Source: a virus. Taken from it: a DNA stretch of 44,818 nt. The position numbers and the translations under genes are program-made. The stretch covers positions 1 to 44,818 of the IMG/VR virus record IMGVR_UViG_3300045988_101875, one strand, 5' to 3'. This document shows positions 1 through 7,994 of the stretch, one piece after another. Within the stretch, counting starts at the first letter, position 1. Every line of letters begins with the position of its first letter. Under the pieces are notes generated by a model. The model did not search any database. It saw only the letters and a program-made list of their open reading frames with translations, and was not told the DNA's origin.

Positions 1-55
1 CGGGCGGTGCTATTAGCTACATTGAGTGTGCTGATATGACCAAGAATATTGATGC
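1..55. repeat. Terminal duplication of the window (identical to 44764-44818), indicating a circular or concatemeric assembly of a complete genome.
   Basis: Exact 55-nt identity between the first and last bases of the window. Confidence 0.9.
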
Positions 56-254
56 AGTTATGGCTGTTATTCAGTTTATCTATGACAACATTATGTATGC
101 TGAGCTGAATACCAAGAGTGACTATTGTCAGGTCTGTGGTTATGACGGCGAGATTAAGATTGTCACAGATAATGGCAGATTAGAATGGGAATGTCCGAAT
201 TGTGGTAATAGAGACAAAACCAAGATGAATGTGACACGTAGAACCTGTGGATAA
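1..254 (+). CDS. nrdD: Anaerobic ribonucleoside-triphosphate reductase NrdD, C-terminal part. The gene starts at 42936 and wraps across the window end.
   Basis: Frame is continuous with 42936..44818 (offset 44763, same phase). C-terminus has a CPNCG zinc ribbon and ends ...RRTCGY, the glycyl-radical motif of class III RNR. Confidence 0.85.
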   Translation, partial: GGAISYIECADMTKNIDAVMAVIQFIYDNIMYAELNTKSDYCQVCGYDGEIKIVTDNGRLEWECPNCGNRDKTKMNVTRRTCG

Positions 255-461
255 ATAATTGTCCACTTTAAACCCTTTAAACTGCGGGAAACTCCTTAGA
301 GCTGTAAATACTAAGTCATGCTGGTGACAGACATGATGGCTGTTAGTAACGGAACAGGTATAGTAAAAACTTTACAGATTGGACAATCAAACGCAACGAA
401 ACCTCTCTAGTAGAGGGACGCTCAACGACTATAATAAGGGACACTATCCTCTAAGGGAGGA

Positions 462-860
462 ATTATAATACTTAAAGAAATAGAAAACTTCAAAGGCTAT
501 TTTGTGTCGGATAATGGCACAATATTCTGCAATTTAGGCAAAGGTAATAGACGTAAAGGGAGGACTGTTCCCTTATATCCTATTACCCCACGTCCAACTA
601 AAAATGGTTATATGAGAATCTATGCTCGAAATAGCACTACCAACAAAAGACAAGACTTATATGTGCATAGATTAGTGGGACAATATTTTATCCCTAATCC
701 TCATAATAAAAGAGTTATTAACCATAAAAATTGTAATCGTGCAGATAACAGAGCATCTAATTTAGAATGGGTAACAACTAAAGAAAACATTGAATACTCT
801 ATGAATTTAAAGCATCTGTTGCGTGATGAAAAGACAGGCAGACTTGTAAGTGGACTTTAA
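462..860 (+). CDS. Free-standing HNH homing endonuclease (HNH_3-like). Probably uses a non-ATG start; the ORF-track start is GTG at 504.
   Basis: Frame is open from 438. Upstream residues ...ILKEIENFKGYFVSDNGTIFC match the typical HNH_3 N-terminus, followed by NGY..VHRLV...NHKN.N..DNRASNLEW.T..EN. Strong SD aagggagg at 453-460. Confidence 0.6.
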   Translation: MIILKEIENFKGYFVSDNGTIFCNLGKGNRRKGRTVPLYPITPRPTKNGYMRIYARNSTTNKRQDLYVHRLVGQYFIPNPHNKRVINHKNCNRADNRASNLEWVTTKENIEYSMNLKHLLRDEKTGRLVSGL

Positions 861-1147
861 AGGATAGTGTATGGTATAGTCTATTCCGTTTTAAATAATG
901 GGAAACCATCGGTATAAAAGATTTAGGTTCGCAATTTTGGAATCAGGGGCGCACTGAGGAGATTAGAGACCGCTTTATTCACCTCGGTGGAGACTTTAGT
1001 TCATAATACCCTCTGACACGCTCCAGGACGCTCGTAGAGCCATTTTTATAGACAATGCTAGTGTTTCTACCTATCAGGAAACTACAAGGCTCTATGAGCT
1101 TCCTAGAATCGTTTTTAAGACACTAAAATACAAAGGAGTGATAAACT

Positions 1148-1378
1148 ATGCAGATAGATGAGAAACTGCTAGATAAGCTTGCTATAGGTGAAGTCAATGC
1201 CCTTTTAGAAGGACTTGATGACCCTGAGCTGCGTCGCAACCCTGCTTTTCTTGCTAAGGTGCGTGAGTTCTTGAAGCAGAATAAATTACAGACCACCCCT
1301 GAAACCCAAGGGGTACAAAAGATTCAGAAGGTAGTAGAAGAAATTCCTACCTTTGATTTTGATGGGCAGGTGAGCTGA
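1148..1378 (+). CDS. Small terminase subunit (T7 gp18-like DNA maturase A).
   Basis: 76 aa, immediately upstream of and overlapping the large terminase. Helical pattern LEGLDDPELRRNPAFLAKVREFLKQNKLQ resembles T7 gp18 ADLSDHERRSPQLYNAINKLLDRHKFQ. Confidence 0.55.
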   Translation: MQIDEKLLDKLAIGEVNALLEGLDDPELRRNPAFLAKVREFLKQNKLQTTPETQGVQKIQKVVEEIPTFDFDGQVS

Positions 1379-3117
1379 TGTCTGAATGGACAGATGAACA
1401 GGTTGCCAAAGCCAAGGAGGACTTCAGGGTCTTCCTTTTTATCTTATGGAAAATGATTGGTCTTCCACCCCCTACACCTATCCAATATGCAATGGCGCAT
1501 TACTTGCAGTATCCCCCTAGTGACCGCATTATTCTTGAAGCGTTCCGTGGTGCTGCAAAGAGCTTTATTACCTGCGCCTTTGCCGGGTGGAGCTTATGGA
1601 ATAACCCTCAGATTAAAGTAGAGATTGTGTCTGCTTCAAAGGAACGTGCGGATGCCAACGCTGTCTTCATTAAGCGTATCCTTAATGTTCTGCCCTTTTT
1701 AGAGCATTTAAGACCTGATACAACCAAAGGCAACAGAGACACCATGAACCTGTTTGATGTTGCCCCTGCTGTGCCTGACATCTCCCCTTCTGTAAAGTCT
1801 GTAGGTATCTATGGTCAGATTACAGGCTCTCGTGCTGACCTGCTGATTGCTGATGATATTGAGATACCCTCAAACTCTGCAACGCAAATACAGAGAGATA
1901 AGCTAAGTGAAGCAGTTAAGGAATTTGATTCCATCCTTAAACCTAATGGACAGATTGTCTATTTAGGTACACCTCAATGTGAGATGTCTCTTTATAATGA
2001 GTTGCAAAATCGTGGCTACTCCTGCACCATTATCCCTGTTATCTACCCTGAGGATAAAAAGGCTCGTGATAATTATGGTAGCAGGTTGCATACCTTCATT
2101 GCTGATGCACTTGATAAAGACCCCACGTTAGCAGGTAAACCTACTGACCCTCTACGCTTCAATGATGAAGAAATTTTCAAACGTAGACTGTCCTATGGTA
2201 AAGCTGGCTTCGCCTTGCAGTTCCTGCTTGACACAAACCTCTCTGATGCTGAAAAGTATCCGCTCAAAGTGGCTGACTTTATTGTGGCTGACCTTGATAT
2301 GGATGAAGCATCTATGAAGTGGGCATGGGCAAGTGGGTATGAACAACGCCTAAAGGATGTACCCTGTACTGCCCTTAAAGGTGACTTCTTCTATGCCCCT
2401 TTTGACAGGTCTAAAGAAACTGCTAAATATACAGGTACTGTAATGGCTATTGACCCCTCAGGACGTGGTGCGGATGAACTTGCCTATGCTGTTATCAAGA
2501 TTCTCAATGGTTACCTGTTCCTCATGGAAGTTGGTGGCTATCGTGATGGTTATGGTGATGATACCCTCAACATCTTAGCTAATAAGTGTAAATTTTGGGG
2601 CGTGAATGATGTTGTCTCTGAAGCCAACTTCGGTGATGGTATGTGGGGGCAGCTCTTTAAACCTGTGCTGAATAAAGTACACCCTTGCACTTACACAGAA
2701 GTCAAGAACAACAAACAGAAAGAAGCTCGTATCATTGATACGCTTGAACCTGTTATGATGCGTCACAAGCTTATTGTCAACACCTCTGTTATCTATGATG
2801 ATTATAAGGTGTATGAGAATGACCAAAAGTATTCTTTAATCTATCAGCTCACAAGACTGACTAGAGATAAGGGTGCGCTTGCTCACGATGATAGACTTGA
2901 TGCTGTGACTATGGCTGTTGCCTTTTGGCTAGAGAGCTTAGACAGGGATGCTCAACAAGGTATTGATGAACTTGAAGAAGAACAGCTTATGAAATGGTGG
3001 GATTCTGACTTTGGTATTCTACATAAAGAATATAATCCTGAGCTTGTTCCGGAACGCTATAGAAAAAGACAACCACAATTTGGAGGAGCTACTGTGGTTG
3101 ATAACTTTTATAGCTAA
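1378..3117 (+). CDS. Terminase large subunit (T7 gp19-like).
   Basis: 579 aa. AFRGAAKSFITCAFAGWSLWNNPQIKVEIVSASKERADANAVFIKRI and C-terminal ALAHDDRLDA are near-identical in pattern to T7 gp19. Confidence 0.9.
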   Translation: MSEWTDEQVAKAKEDFRVFLFILWKMIGLPPPTPIQYAMAHYLQYPPSDRIILEAFRGAAKSFITCAFAGWSLWNNPQIKVEIVSASKERADANAVFIKRILNVLPFLEHLRPDTTKGNRDTMNLFDVAPAVPDISPSVKSVGIYGQITGSRADLLIADDIEIPSNSATQIQRDKLSEAVKEFDSILKPNGQIVYLGTPQCEMSLYNELQNRGYSCTIIPVIYPEDKKARDNYGSRLHTFIADALDKDPTLAGKPTDPLRFNDEEIFKRRLSYGKAGFALQFLLDTNLSDAEKYPLKVADFIVADLDMDEASMKWAWASGYEQRLKDVPCTALKGDFFYAPFDRSKETAKYTGTVMAIDPSGRGADELAYAVIKILNGYLFLMEVGGYRDGYGDDTLNILANKCKFWGVNDVVSEANFGDGMWGQLFKPVLNKVHPCTYTEVKNNKQKEARIIDTLEPVMMRHKLIVNTSVIYDDYKVYENDQKYSLIYQLTRLTRDKGALAHDDRLDAVTMAVAFWLESLDRDAQQGIDELEEEQLMKWWDSDFGILHKEYNPELVPERYRKRQPQFGGATVVDNFYS

Positions 3118-3437
3118 TGGGTCATATAAACCTGTGAAACTAATGGGTCACATACTCGATAAGAGTAGGAAAGGGACATTATATATACCTATAGATAACT
3201 ATAGATACCTTATAGTTACTATAGATACCATATGACCTTATATGATTCCATATGTAACCCTTAGATACCCTTGGTTCTATAGATACTATAGATACCTAAG
3301 GGTAATTGTTATTATTACTAATAAACCTAATTAATAGATACTTATAGATACCCTAAGGTTTCCTATACCTCCTAAGGATTCCTTAGGGTATTTTTTATTA
3401 TTACCTTAAATAACCTACTTATAGGAGACTATATACC
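3118..3437. repeat. AT-rich non-coding region A with many tatagatac(c) direct repeats and cctaagg/ccttagg palindromes. It is paralogous to region 12786-12960. Candidate genome-end, terminal-repeat or secondary-origin region.
   Basis: Follows the terminase stop. Repeated motifs are visible. Shares ttattaataactaataa-like and cctaagg motifs with region B. Confidence 0.5.
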
Positions 3438-3620
3438 ATGAAAGAAACCTTAATGAAACTAAAGACCTTCTTCCTTTATGGTCTTTTAATATCCATCCCC
3501 CTGTTTGTCTTCTTGTGGTTCGTGGATACTCTATCCTCATCGTTCAATCCTGAATATAGACCGCTACTTGGTTTCCTACAGATTGCAAACAGTCTGCTGC
3601 AAACCATTATAGGTATGTAA
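3438..3620 (+). CDS. Small membrane protein.
   Basis: SD aggaga 9 nt upstream. Hydrophobic 60-aa product. Confidence 0.5.
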   Translation: MKETLMKLKTFFLYGLLISIPLFVFLWFVDTLSSSFNPEYRPLLGFLQIANSLLQTIIGM

Positions 3621-3624
3621 TGCT

Positions 3625-4179
3625 ATGTTTACCACGAGAACTAAGAATATAATTGCTCTTTTACTGAGCTTTGCTATTGGAGCTGGTTGCTGCTACTTAT
3701 ATCTAAGAGGAGACAACAAAGCTTCAGAACCCCCTGTGTCCAGCTCAGATTCCAAGGGCGGACTTTTGTCTACCACAGGAATCCATGCTGAGACCAAAGA
3801 CAACCCCAATGATGAGGACTTGGTGTTGTCTAACAAATACGTCGCTGTTATTAATGGCGAGAAAGTGAGTGTGCCGATTGTTAAAAGAACTGCTGGTACT
3901 ATTAATCAACCTGATAGCACTAGTGGCTCTGCTAATGATGCACCACCGGGAGTAAAGGCTACTGTAGAACAGACTGTAGACCTCACTCCTGTGTTGTCTA
4001 AACTGCGCCCCTCTTGGGAGGTAGGTGCAGGTGTGTCCTATGTGAATGAACGTGCATATGTTCCTATATCTATCCAAAGGAACTATCAGGCTGATAAAGC
4101 ACTAGAGCTTACTGTACTTGTAGATACAGATGGTAAAGCTAAGGGTGCTATGGTACAACACAAATGGATGATAAAGTAA
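3625..4179 (+). CDS. Membrane-anchored or secreted protein (N-terminal TM/signal anchor); candidate superinfection-exclusion or conversion protein in the lysogeny module.
   Basis: N-terminal IIALLLSFAIGAGCCYLYL hydrophobic segment followed by a Ser/Thr-rich soluble domain. Confidence 0.5.
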   Translation: MFTTRTKNIIALLLSFAIGAGCCYLYLRGDNKASEPPVSSSDSKGGLLSTTGIHAETKDNPNDEDLVLSNKYVAVINGEKVSVPIVKRTAGTINQPDSTSGSANDAPPGVKATVEQTVDLTPVLSKLRPSWEVGAGVSYVNERAYVPISIQRNYQADKALELTVLVDTDGKAKGAMVQHKWMIK

Positions 4180-4349
4180 AACTTATAACTGCCCAAGAAG
4201 CAGCTAAGATTCTAAGACAAAATAAACCCGACAAGATTTACCTGCTAGTGAGGTCTAAATGCTTGTCGGGTTTCAAATGTGGTAAAAGGTGGCTTATAGA
4301 TGAGGATAGTGTCTATAAGTACATCAATAGGTGTCTTCTGAATCAATAG
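4164..4349 (+). CDS. xis: Excisionase / MerR-type HTH DNA-binding protein.
   Basis: ITAQEAAKILRQ...IYLLVRSKCLSGFKCGKRWLIDEDSVYKYI matches the excisionase-family HTH pattern. Convergent with the integrase. Confidence 0.6.
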   Translation: MDDKVKLITAQEAAKILRQNKPDKIYLLVRSKCLSGFKCGKRWLIDEDSVYKYINRCLLNQ

Positions 4350-4550
4350 TGACCAAAATAGTGACCACTATTCCAAGAATGGCTTAACCATGAGCTTTAC
4401 AGGCTCTAAAGAAAATGTTTTAACCAATACACGTATATGGTTATGTCAAATAGATTATAAAGAAATATATTGTCTAGGTAATAAACTTGTATTATTTTGA
4501 CAATGTATGCCCTTGTAAAACCTGTTGTTTGTGACTTTATAGTGTCACAG

Positions 4551-5696
4551 CTAAGCTTCTATCACAGCAACGTGTTTTTCCGAACATTCCTGCAAGATGT
4601 GTCCGTAGATAGCATAGGTAACCGCTATGCTGGTGTGTCCTAAGCGTTCTGTTATAAGAGCTATGGGTACATGCTTGTAAATCATGTTGGATGCGTTTGT
4701 GTGTCTCAGTCCATGGAACGTGAAAGGTCTAGTGATACCTGCGCCTTTCCTAGTGAAATCCCATGCATGGATAAGCAACCGCTCCACATAGAAGCTATCT
4801 CTTTTCCTATTATAGAAGATATATGGTGACTTGTCAAAGCTAAGTGGCTTTAAAGACATAAGAAGCTGTGTTGTCTTCTCAGATATTTTAATCGTGCGAT
4901 ACCCGGCTTGTGTCTTAGGGTATGTAACTATTGTCTTGTTATTCTTATCCTTAGCTAAGGTTCTTTTTACAGATATTGTATTAGCAGCATCATCAAGACA
5001 ATCCCACGTAAGAGCTAACAGCTCCCCTTCTCTCATGCCTGTTTCATAGGCAAGACAATACAGAGCATAGAACTGATACTTCAGCATAGGTTTCTCCTTG
5101 TGCTCCCATAGTGGCAGGAGGAACGCTTTGATTCGCTCGTGCTCCTCTTGCGATAAGACAACCACTTCATGTTTAGGTTTGTCACTTTTTGGTGTCTTCT
5201 GCATCGAAGTTACAGGTGACTTTCCAATAAGGTCTTGTTCTACACACCATTTGAAAAAGAGCCGTAAGCGACCTAGGTAATTGAGATAGGTATTAGTTGA
5301 ATAGTTCTTTTGTTGCCACTCTAAGAGCATGGTATCTATAGTATGAGTGGTAACCTTAGATAACGCTAAGCCATTAGCTGTGTTGTCTAGGAACTTTAGG
5401 ACACGTCTTGTGGTCAATATTACTGACCCTGACATCCGCTGAGCTTCTAGGTGCTTAAGGTACACCTCACCCTGATACTTTATTGTGTCTTCTTCTGCTT
5501 TTACTTGCAGACCTTTATCCTCTTTGTCTCTCTGAAGCTTCTTCAGCTTCTCCACAGCTTCCTTTTTTGTGTCTGCTGTGGCTGATAGCCATCGCCTTTT
5601 GCCATCCACAGGGTCTAATTCAACCCTGACACGTACTTTACCACTAGGGAGGACTATTATAGACCCCTCTCCTTTAGGTCTTCTACGAGATGGCAT
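4551..5696 (-). CDS. int: Tyrosine integrase (site-specific recombinase).
   Basis: C-terminal HGLRHTNAS...LGHTSIAVTYAIYGHI catalytic motifs. Probable start is ATG at 5696 with SD aggagg (reverse complement of 5704-5709); the ORF-track TTG at 5717 is less likely. Confidence 0.85.
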   Translation of the reverse strand: MPSRRRPKGEGSIIVLPSGKVRVRVELDPVDGKRRWLSATADTKKEAVEKLKKLQRDKEDKGLQVKAEEDTIKYQGEVYLKHLEAQRMSGSVILTTRRVLKFLDNTANGLALSKVTTHTIDTMLLEWQQKNYSTNTYLNYLGRLRLFFKWCVEQDLIGKSPVTSMQKTPKSDKPKHEVVVLSQEEHERIKAFLLPLWEHKEKPMLKYQFYALYCLAYETGMREGELLALTWDCLDDAANTISVKRTLAKDKNNKTIVTYPKTQAGYRTIKISEKTTQLLMSLKPLSFDKSPYIFYNRKRDSFYVERLLIHAWDFTRKGAGITRPFTFHGLRHTNASNMIYKHVPIALITERLGHTSIAVTYAIYGHILQECSEKHVAVIEA

Positions 5697-6209
5697 TATA
5701 AAACCTCCTGACTTCAAAAATTGCCAAAAATTGTGAAAGGGTATATATAATATAGAGATTGGCTGGTTTCCCCCCGTGCCCGGGGTCTTTGGGTCTCCTG
5801 TCGAAAATAGTGTACACTACATCTGAATAGCATATGCTATATCGGTGTTCCCAAGGGTACAAGTTACGTCCGATAATATATCTTATGTTAAATTTACCTT
5901 GTTTGTGGCAAGAGATAACCAAGCAAGCTATATGTTAGTACCTGCTTTTTATGGGGATATTGCGAACATATGTACATTATTACGAACACTTATATGTTTT
6001 ACTTTAGTATGGTAAAGTGTTAAAGTATCCAAAAATATGGCGTATAATGTATCTGTATTATATGCCCTAGGTATCTACTGTATCTACCATATCCACTATA
6101 TCCATTATATCCCTGAGCTGCCGTTGGTTGCTACTAGCTACATTACTATAGATACTATTGTTACCATTAATTACTATTGCTACAGACATTATACAGTCAC
6201 CAGCTACTA

Positions 6210-6398
6210 TTATATATCACTGCTGCGCTTGTGTGTAATGGTGGTATCCTGCTGCTCATGTATCCATTGAGTTATTAGCTGCCTGAGTAGCTCACTGCTA
6301 TTAATAGCCTTACTTTTACATAATGTTTGAAATTGCGTCCTTAACTCTTTTGATACTCTTACTTGTATAAATACGTCTTTTTGTTTTTCGTCAAACAT
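6210..6398 (-). CDS. Ribbon-helix-helix (Arc/CopG-type) DNA-binding protein; candidate lysogeny repressor.
   Basis: VRVSKELRTQFQTLCKSKAINSSELLRQLI is a beta-strand plus helix RHH pattern. Strong SD aaggagg. Divergent from the early promoter. Confidence 0.6.
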   Translation of the reverse strand: MFDEKQKDVFIQVRVSKELRTQFQTLCKSKAINSSELLRQLITQWIHEQQDTTITHKRSSDI

Positions 6399-6425
6399 GA
6401 AAAATTCCTCCTTTTCTCCATTATA

Positions 6426-6503
6426 CTACATCTCACTACATTATGCTACATTCTTATAAAATTTTCTATTTTTTTGTTGTGTAATGTATTGACATGTAAT
6501 GTG
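6426..6503. promoter_or_regulatory. Operator-like repeats: three CTACAT(T/C) copies at 10-bp spacing (6426, 6436, 6446), and two inverse-oriented TAATGT(A/G) copies flanking the -35 box (6481, 6496).
   Basis: Direct observation of repeats with helical periodicity, lying between the divergent RHH gene and the early promoter. Confidence 0.5.
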
Positions 6504-6517
6504 AACTGTGGTATTAT
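6489..6517 (+). promoter_or_regulatory. Near-consensus sigma70 promoter (TTGACA, 17-bp spacer, TGgTATTAT extended -10) driving the rightward early operon.
   Basis: -35 TTGACA at 6489-6494; 17-bp spacer; TG at 6509-6510; -10 TATTAT at 6512-6517. Confidence 0.7.
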
Positions 6518-6525
6518 ATAACCAT

Positions 6526-6563
6526 AGGGAGATACAAAAAGACTATATCCCTATATATTTTTT
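6526..6563 (+). terminator. Hairpin (agggagata/tatatccct) followed by atatatttttt in the early-promoter leader; candidate attenuator or terminator.
   Basis: 8 of 9 bp stem, 9-nt loop, then a T6 tract, located between the promoter and the first early ORF. Confidence 0.4.
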
Positions 6564-6609
6564 AAACGCCATGTAGTGACAACACACTACAAAAGGGAGG
6601 AAAAAGACA

Positions 6610-6789
6610 ATGAATGAAGAAAAAATCTTAACTTTTGCATTAAGAGAAGCCCTTAATGTTTGGAGTAAATGCAAGGATAGAGCGGATAGTATTCCTGACA
6701 ATAAAATTGCAGCATATAAGGAACAAAAAGCATGGAATGACGTGCTGTTCCTTAAAAAAATGCTTATATCCATTACTGCAGAAAAATAA
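6610..6789 (+). CDS. First early ORF (59 aa, hypothetical).
   Basis: Strong SD aagggagg 9 nt upstream. Preferred over the antisense ORF 6543..6827 because of this SD and the same-strand operon. Confidence 0.5.
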   Translation: MNEEKILTFALREALNVWSKCKDRADSIPDNKIAAYKEQKAWNDVLFLKKMLISITAEK

Positions 6790-6880
6790 GCTTTTATCGA
6801 TGCTACTAGCTGGCTAGCTAGTGGCATTCATTAAGAGCTTATTAAACTCTTAAACTTAATAACCTAGGAGGTAAATTAAT
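6788..6880 (+). repeat. Intergenic repeat element type A, copy 1: agcttttatcg, an imperfect palindromic hairpin, the conserved 27-mer tcattaagagcttattaaactcttaaa, then SD.
   Basis: The 27-mer is identical to the one at 7940-7966 and partially conserved at 8872-8920. It contains an internal taagag/ctctta inverted repeat. Confidence 0.7.
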
Positions 6881-7105
6881 ATGGTAAAAAATGTGTGTCT
6901 TATGCTGGCGGTGTTGCTCATGGTACACCTGAGCTGCGACGCTGCCACTGCTGGAGAGTGTGAAAGCTGCATGAGCGGTGAACCTACTACCCTGCAAGTT
7001 ATTATCCGTGATGTGTCTATGGGCAGCCTAAGTGCTGCTGCTGCTGATGCTGGCTTGTATGAGCTGGCGGATGTGTTGTTGTCTATGGAGGATACAAATA
7101 AATGA
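6881..7105 (+). CDS. Small secreted Cys-containing protein (signal peptide).
   Basis: MVKNVCLMLAVLLMVHLSCDAATA signal-like N-terminus. SD ctaggaggta. Confidence 0.5.
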   Translation: MVKNVCLMLAVLLMVHLSCDAATAGECESCMSGEPTTLQVIIRDVSMGSLSAAAADAGLYELADVLLSMEDTNK

Positions 7106-7440
7106 GTATGAGAGTTTATAAAAAGCATGTGCGTGCTGCATATCCTATAGTTGCTTACTGTGGCTATTGTGACTTGCAATATACTTTGTATTTTACCCCA
7201 AAATTCGGACACACCGAACGGGCTGAGGGTTGGGGCTGTGATGTATATGGAATCGCCCCGGACATTGCGTTGACTACCGGATATGATCCTTTTGGTAATC
7301 GTCGTTTACCGCTGGCATTTACAGAACGCTATGAGGAAAAAGCAAAGCAGATATTAGCGGAAAATACCTACAGCTACATTGCAAAGGGAAAATTAAAAGC
7401 GTTGATAAATGAGCTGGCAGCAGAGATAAGAACCCTTTAA
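7102..7440 (+). CDS. Hypothetical early protein.
   Basis: SD ggagg 10 nt upstream. 112-aa ORF. Confidence 0.5.
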   Translation: MSMRVYKKHVRAAYPIVAYCGYCDLQYTLYFTPKFGHTERAEGWGCDVYGIAPDIALTTGYDPFGNRRLPLAFTERYEEKAKQILAENTYSYIAKGKLKALINELAAEIRTL

Positions 7441-7512
7441 AGTTTTTCGGACACACAAGGTTATTTGTCTTGTGTGTCTCATAAAGCTTTAAAGCTTTAA
7501 AAATTTTAGGAG
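7441..7512 (+). repeat. Intergenic repeat element type B, copy 1: agttttt, a perfect 10-bp-stem hairpin (gacacacaag/cttgtgtgtc), ataaagctttaaagctttaa, then SD.
   Basis: Same architecture and motif at 9321-9400. Confidence 0.7.
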
Positions 7513-7521
7513 GTGGCTCAT

Positions 7522-7902
7522 ATGCCAAAAATTGTACATATGACATTGAGGGATATTGCAACAGGCAAGTATAACCATGCAAGCAATATTAAGCAACTGA
7601 TGCAAGCGGATACAGCCTATATCCTGCCGGTGGGAAAAGGTAAATGCTGTATTTATACCATTGATAAAAAAGACAATGGATTGAATGTAGTGTGGTATGG
7701 GTGGGATACAACCTGCCCAACACAAGAATATGATGAGCGTACACTTTATCTATTGCCGTATCAAGGTAGACAACGTGTAGACCCCTTGTATTGCTTTAAA
7801 GCTGCTATATATGATGTAGCGGACATGCTGCACACCCTTGATCCTGATTTGCATGTACATGTATCACATGGCGTGGGGAATAGTACTACACGCATGTACT
7901 AA
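7522..7902 (+). CDS. Hypothetical early protein.
   Basis: ATG at 7522 with SD taggaggtg 6 nt upstream. The track start 7513 is an in-frame GTG. Confidence 0.5.
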   Translation: MPKIVHMTLRDIATGKYNHASNIKQLMQADTAYILPVGKGKCCIYTIDKKDNGLNVVWYGWDTTCPTQEYDERTLYLLPYQGRQRVDPLYCFKAAIYDVADMLHTLDPDLHVHVSHGVGNSTTRMY

Positions 7903-7994
7903 TAAACTTTTATCGGTACTACCGCTCCGGCGGTGGTACTCATTAAGAGCTTATTAAACTCTTAAAATTTAATAACCTTGGAGGTACAAAAAAA
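7903..7994 (+). repeat. Intergenic repeat element type A, copy 2.
   Basis: acttttatcg, hairpin ggtactaccgc..gcggtggtact, then the identical 27-mer at 7940-7966, then SD. Confidence 0.7.

Noticed and set aside
3011-3235. + strand 74-aa ORF spanning the terminase 3' end and repeat region A.
   Set aside because: It is out of frame inside the terminase gene and runs into the tatagatac repeat array. Non-coding.
5761-5803. tRNA 3' fragment as attP core.
   Set aside because: No T-loop (GGTTCGAATCC-like) or CCA-end signature is present, and none elsewhere in the window. No tRNA genes are called.
5683-5922. 79-aa minus-strand ORF upstream of int.
   Set aside because: It overlaps the integrase start and the SD region and continues into the GC-rich putative attachment region. 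It has no SD and a low-complexity product.
6037-6270. + strand 77-aa ORF (MAYNVSVLYALGIYCIYHIHYIHY...).
   Set aside because: Low-complexity translation of a tandem-repeat-rich non-coding region (gtatctac and atatccat repeats). It is more likely att or arm-type sites.
6543-6827. 94-aa minus-strand hydrophobic ORF in the early leader region.
   Set aside because: It has no SD. The + strand 59-aa ORF (6610-6789) has a perfect SD and sits directly downstream of the consensus early promoter.
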